Shown: positions 60,933 through 64,000 of the stretch, piece by piece
How positions within the stretch are numbered: position 1 is the stretch's first letter
Layout: each line of letters starts with the position of its first letter
Source: Lingula anatina
Taxonomy: Eukaryota; Animalia; Brachiopoda
Direction: 5' to 3'
Length of the DNA: 64,000 bases
Assembly (NCBI GenBank): GCA_051362555.1
Contig: CM120641.1
Span: 28,526,401 to 28,590,400 of the forward strand
Notes under the pieces: generated by a model
Databases searched by the model: none
Seen by the model: only the letters and a program-made list of their open reading frames with translations
What the model was told of the DNA's origin: nothing
Position numbers and translations under genes: made by a program

Positions 60933-63655
60933 TTATTGCTCAGTAGAAGGATCATTATTGTCTTCATCACTAGATACTGCTTTTGTGTCTTTTTTCTGAG
61001 TCCTATAATGTCTTCGTGCTTTTTCCATCTTACTCTTATATTTTTTAAATCGAGTCCAAACTGGCTGTGAAGACGTATTGTCTTCATCTCTGCTGGTGCT
61101 ACATGAGGCAGTGATGTTTCCATTGGTGGAACAAAGAAGTCCATTTTCAGCACCATTACTGTTACTGCTATTATTATTATTATTATTATACTGTAAAACA
61201 GAACTGATCGCAGTAGAGTCCGAACCATTGGGAAGCTTGGGTTCAATTTTCTGTTCACTGTCTGTGAACATGGCTCTTTGGTTTTCTTCCAAGTTCTCTT
61301 GTACTACATCAGTACTAAAATGGTTCTTTTCACACTTCTCCCCATTTGTCAAGTTTTTCTCACCGATGTTGCCATTTTTGAGAACCGGTGTGCTGGTCGT
61401 TGTTGGACCATTTTGCTCACCATCACTTGTCTCAGAATCTGAATCACTTAACAATACCCTAGCACGGAGTCTTTTCAGCCTACCTAAAGCTGTAGGCATT
61501 TCTCTCTGTTTAAATGCAATGTCTCTATTTGAAGGCCCCGAAAGAGCACTATCTGAGTCACTATCAGGCAAATGCAAAGTACTTTTTTTGTTTCCACAAG
61601 ATGGTTGAACTTCAGATTCAGAAGAGTCTGAGTCAGTTTGGGTTAATCCCAGGGTATCACTCACATTCGATTCCGATTTTGACCTCCTCTTTCTTCTTTT
61701 TCTTTTCACAAGTTTATTACTCTGCTCTGGACTAGCTGTATACTTCACAATATTTGCCCAGTAATCTTTTCTTCTTTCAGCAATAAGTTCCGTAATTGTT
61801 CTTTTTCGAGAAGCTGCCTCATTTTCTTGATTTCTTCCTGTCCTCAACCTCTGTACTGCTTCTTCTGCAAACAACTCCCTCCCTGCTTCATTCAATGCCT
61901 CATTCAGCCTATGCTGACTGTTACTGCCTTGTTCCCCTTCTACTTCATCCTCCCCTTCTCCTCCTCCTCCGCCTGCTTCTCTCCTAACACTTTCCGCTAT
62001 TACCCCAGCAAAAGCTTGAGTAAAGGGACTAAACCTTTCTTCATCAGAGTCAGCATCCACACCAGCATCAGCATCAAGGTCAGAGGGCTCGGAGTGTGAT
62101 GACTGCACAAATGACTGAAAGGCGTCTAAGTCAGTTGAAGAGTTACTGTCCGATGACCAGCCCTCCAGTTCACGTTGGACAAGGGAATCAAAGAATGCCA
62201 TCATGCGGGGGTCTTCTTCTACGGATTCGTTAGTGTAGTCGTGAGTCATGACTTGCCCACTCTGTAGCACAAGGTTAATGTACTCCTCATGGGAGTAAAC
62301 AAGACGGTCCTCAAAGTTTTGCAGAGATGCGTCCTCTTCTCGTCTGGGAGCATTACCAATGGGAAATGGGCTCCAGGCCTGAAAGATTTTTCAATTTATT
62401 TAACTGAATTTCTCAAAAATAAATTGCACCAACATAAAAATGAACTATGAATTTTAATTTCTTTATCATACACAAATATAGTAAACTAGAGGTTAAGGAA
62501 TTTATCAAGTAAAAAGATTCCAATTCTGATGAACAAGCATAGAAATCTTCCAACTAGCCTAAAAATCAACAAGTTTCAAATAGGGACCATATTTGACCCA
62601 AGTCTATAATACGAAATCATAGGTTTTTGTGGTAGTATATTACATAAAACAGGTTTACTTCAAATGATCCACAGGCTCTATGTAAAGTAGAATTGTGTTA
62701 CCCACCTTAATAACTTTTTCTACTCCAGATGAGATGAGGAGGTGGTTATCTGGATTGAAACGTACTTGGTTGACAATTGACCTGTGTCCCTTTAATACCA
62801 AGTGTGCCTCACTGAGCCAAACCTCTGTAATCATTTATACATACAAATGCACATTTCCATAATGTATCATCATCATAAACTATTAATACATCTAACAGCA
62901 AACAAATGTTGAACTTGATATGACCCTTAACTTTTTATGTTTAAGTTAAAATTATGTGCGTCAAAGAACTTTTTTTTACATGACATCTATTTAAAAAAAA
63001 CTTCCATATACAACATGCATTGTTAAATCCACTCTTGATTGTTTTGTATTTTCTTCAATAGTCAGAGCAGAATTGAAAACATTTTATGTATTCCACAGAA
63101 AACTTACTTTCGCTGCCCTTGTCAGGTATTCGCCAAATGTACAGACTAAAATCATCCGAGCCAGACACTAAATACTACAAATACAGAACGTAAATCTTTT
63201 TAAAAATCACAAATCATCTTAAATCATTTAGCATTATACACCAGAAAACATACAAATAGTTATCCAATTTGCATCATGACAACTTGCTAACCACATAGTC
63301 TATTCCTTGTTGACATTTTCAACATATTCTAAATACCGTACAACAAAAACATGCTGAAAACATCTACACCTGAAAAGACTATGGATGTTTTTAGGATGTC
63401 TTTAATACATTTTATTACATTAAAGCCATTTTAGTTCCTACCTGGTCTTGATCCCCAGCAAAGCAGCAACTCTTCATGGTACAAGAATTGTAATACCCAA
63501 CATGATCAAACTGGCACAATGGGGCGGAATGCCGTACATCATAGAGCACTGGTGGAAGCCTCCGTCTGAGGGCAGTTAGACGGTCTCCGAGGCTGTTAAA
63601 CCTCACACTCATGCAGCTCTGCTGGCTCCACTTCCCCCCATAATGCATTAAGCAC
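60933..63655 (-). CDS. DCAF5: DDB1- and CUL4-associated factor 5 (WDR22), 3' portion; gene continues beyond the window
   Basis: ALRRRLPPVLYD, GYYNSCTMKSCCFAGDQDQYLVSGSDDF, LKGHRSIVNQVRFNP, SSGVEKVIK, and SVEEDPRMMAFFDSLVQRE followed by a long Ser/Asp/Glu-rich tail. Exons approximately 63655-63442, 63174-63108, 62824-62707 and 62378-60933. Confidence 0.93.
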
Positions 63656-64000
63656 CTGGAAATAAGTTGTCTTACATATATACTTAATATACTTATACTT
63701 GACATAAATTTATTTTGACATTTTCAAAATATTCACACACCTTGTATTCTGTGTTGACTGTGTAAACATGTTCTAGGACCGATTCCATTACTGTATGATA
63801 CCTGTTCAGTGTACATGAAAGTCAAGTCTGATTCAGTTCATCTAAATCCATAGCAGTTCACTTGCATTAAGTAAATATTGGTCTGAAACAATGGACGTTT
63901 TTCTTGTTAACAGGAGCAATATTTCCAATAAACTGGACCTTGAAGTGTTACAGGATCTTTTCACAACACCACCTTCTGTACCGAGTACTTTTTGGACTTG

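Noticed and set aside
61078-62099. Plus-strand ORFs of 63-176 aa
   Set aside because: Antisense shadows of the long, compositionally biased DCAF5 terminal exon.
63889-64000. Open frame at the window end as a further DCAF5 exon
   Set aside because: No WD40-like sequence recognised, and the frame hits a stop before a convincing donor; treated as intron.

Overview
AT-rich, intron-rich animal genomic DNA. The repeat content suggests a marine invertebrate, probably a lophotrochozoan or mollusc (inference only). It is not prokaryotic, so most ORFs in the supplied track are spurious and genes were rebuilt by hand from splice sites. Four recognisable genes: a K+-dependent Na+/Ca2+ exchanger (SLC24/NCKX, minus, 14522-25474); UTP25/DIEXF (minus, 28192-43329), with a U12-type intron and a Helentron-like satellite-bearing insertion; cathepsin F (plus, 43440-49608), head-to-head with UTP25 across a 110-bp promoter with CLEAR/M-box motifs; and the 3' part of DCAF5 (minus, 60933 onward). 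The top finding is a 5-exon gene I do not recognise (minus, 51563-55965). It encodes a 261-aa secreted, 12-Cys, helix-rich protein whose layout, TATA/GAS/CRE-like promoter and AU-rich 3' UTR suggest an invertebrate long-chain four-helix cytokine. Also seen: an unrecognised 85-aa spliced microprotein behind a CRE cluster, a spliced repeat-built transcript-like region at the window start, a triplicated splice donor in NCKX, and several MITEs and microsatellites.
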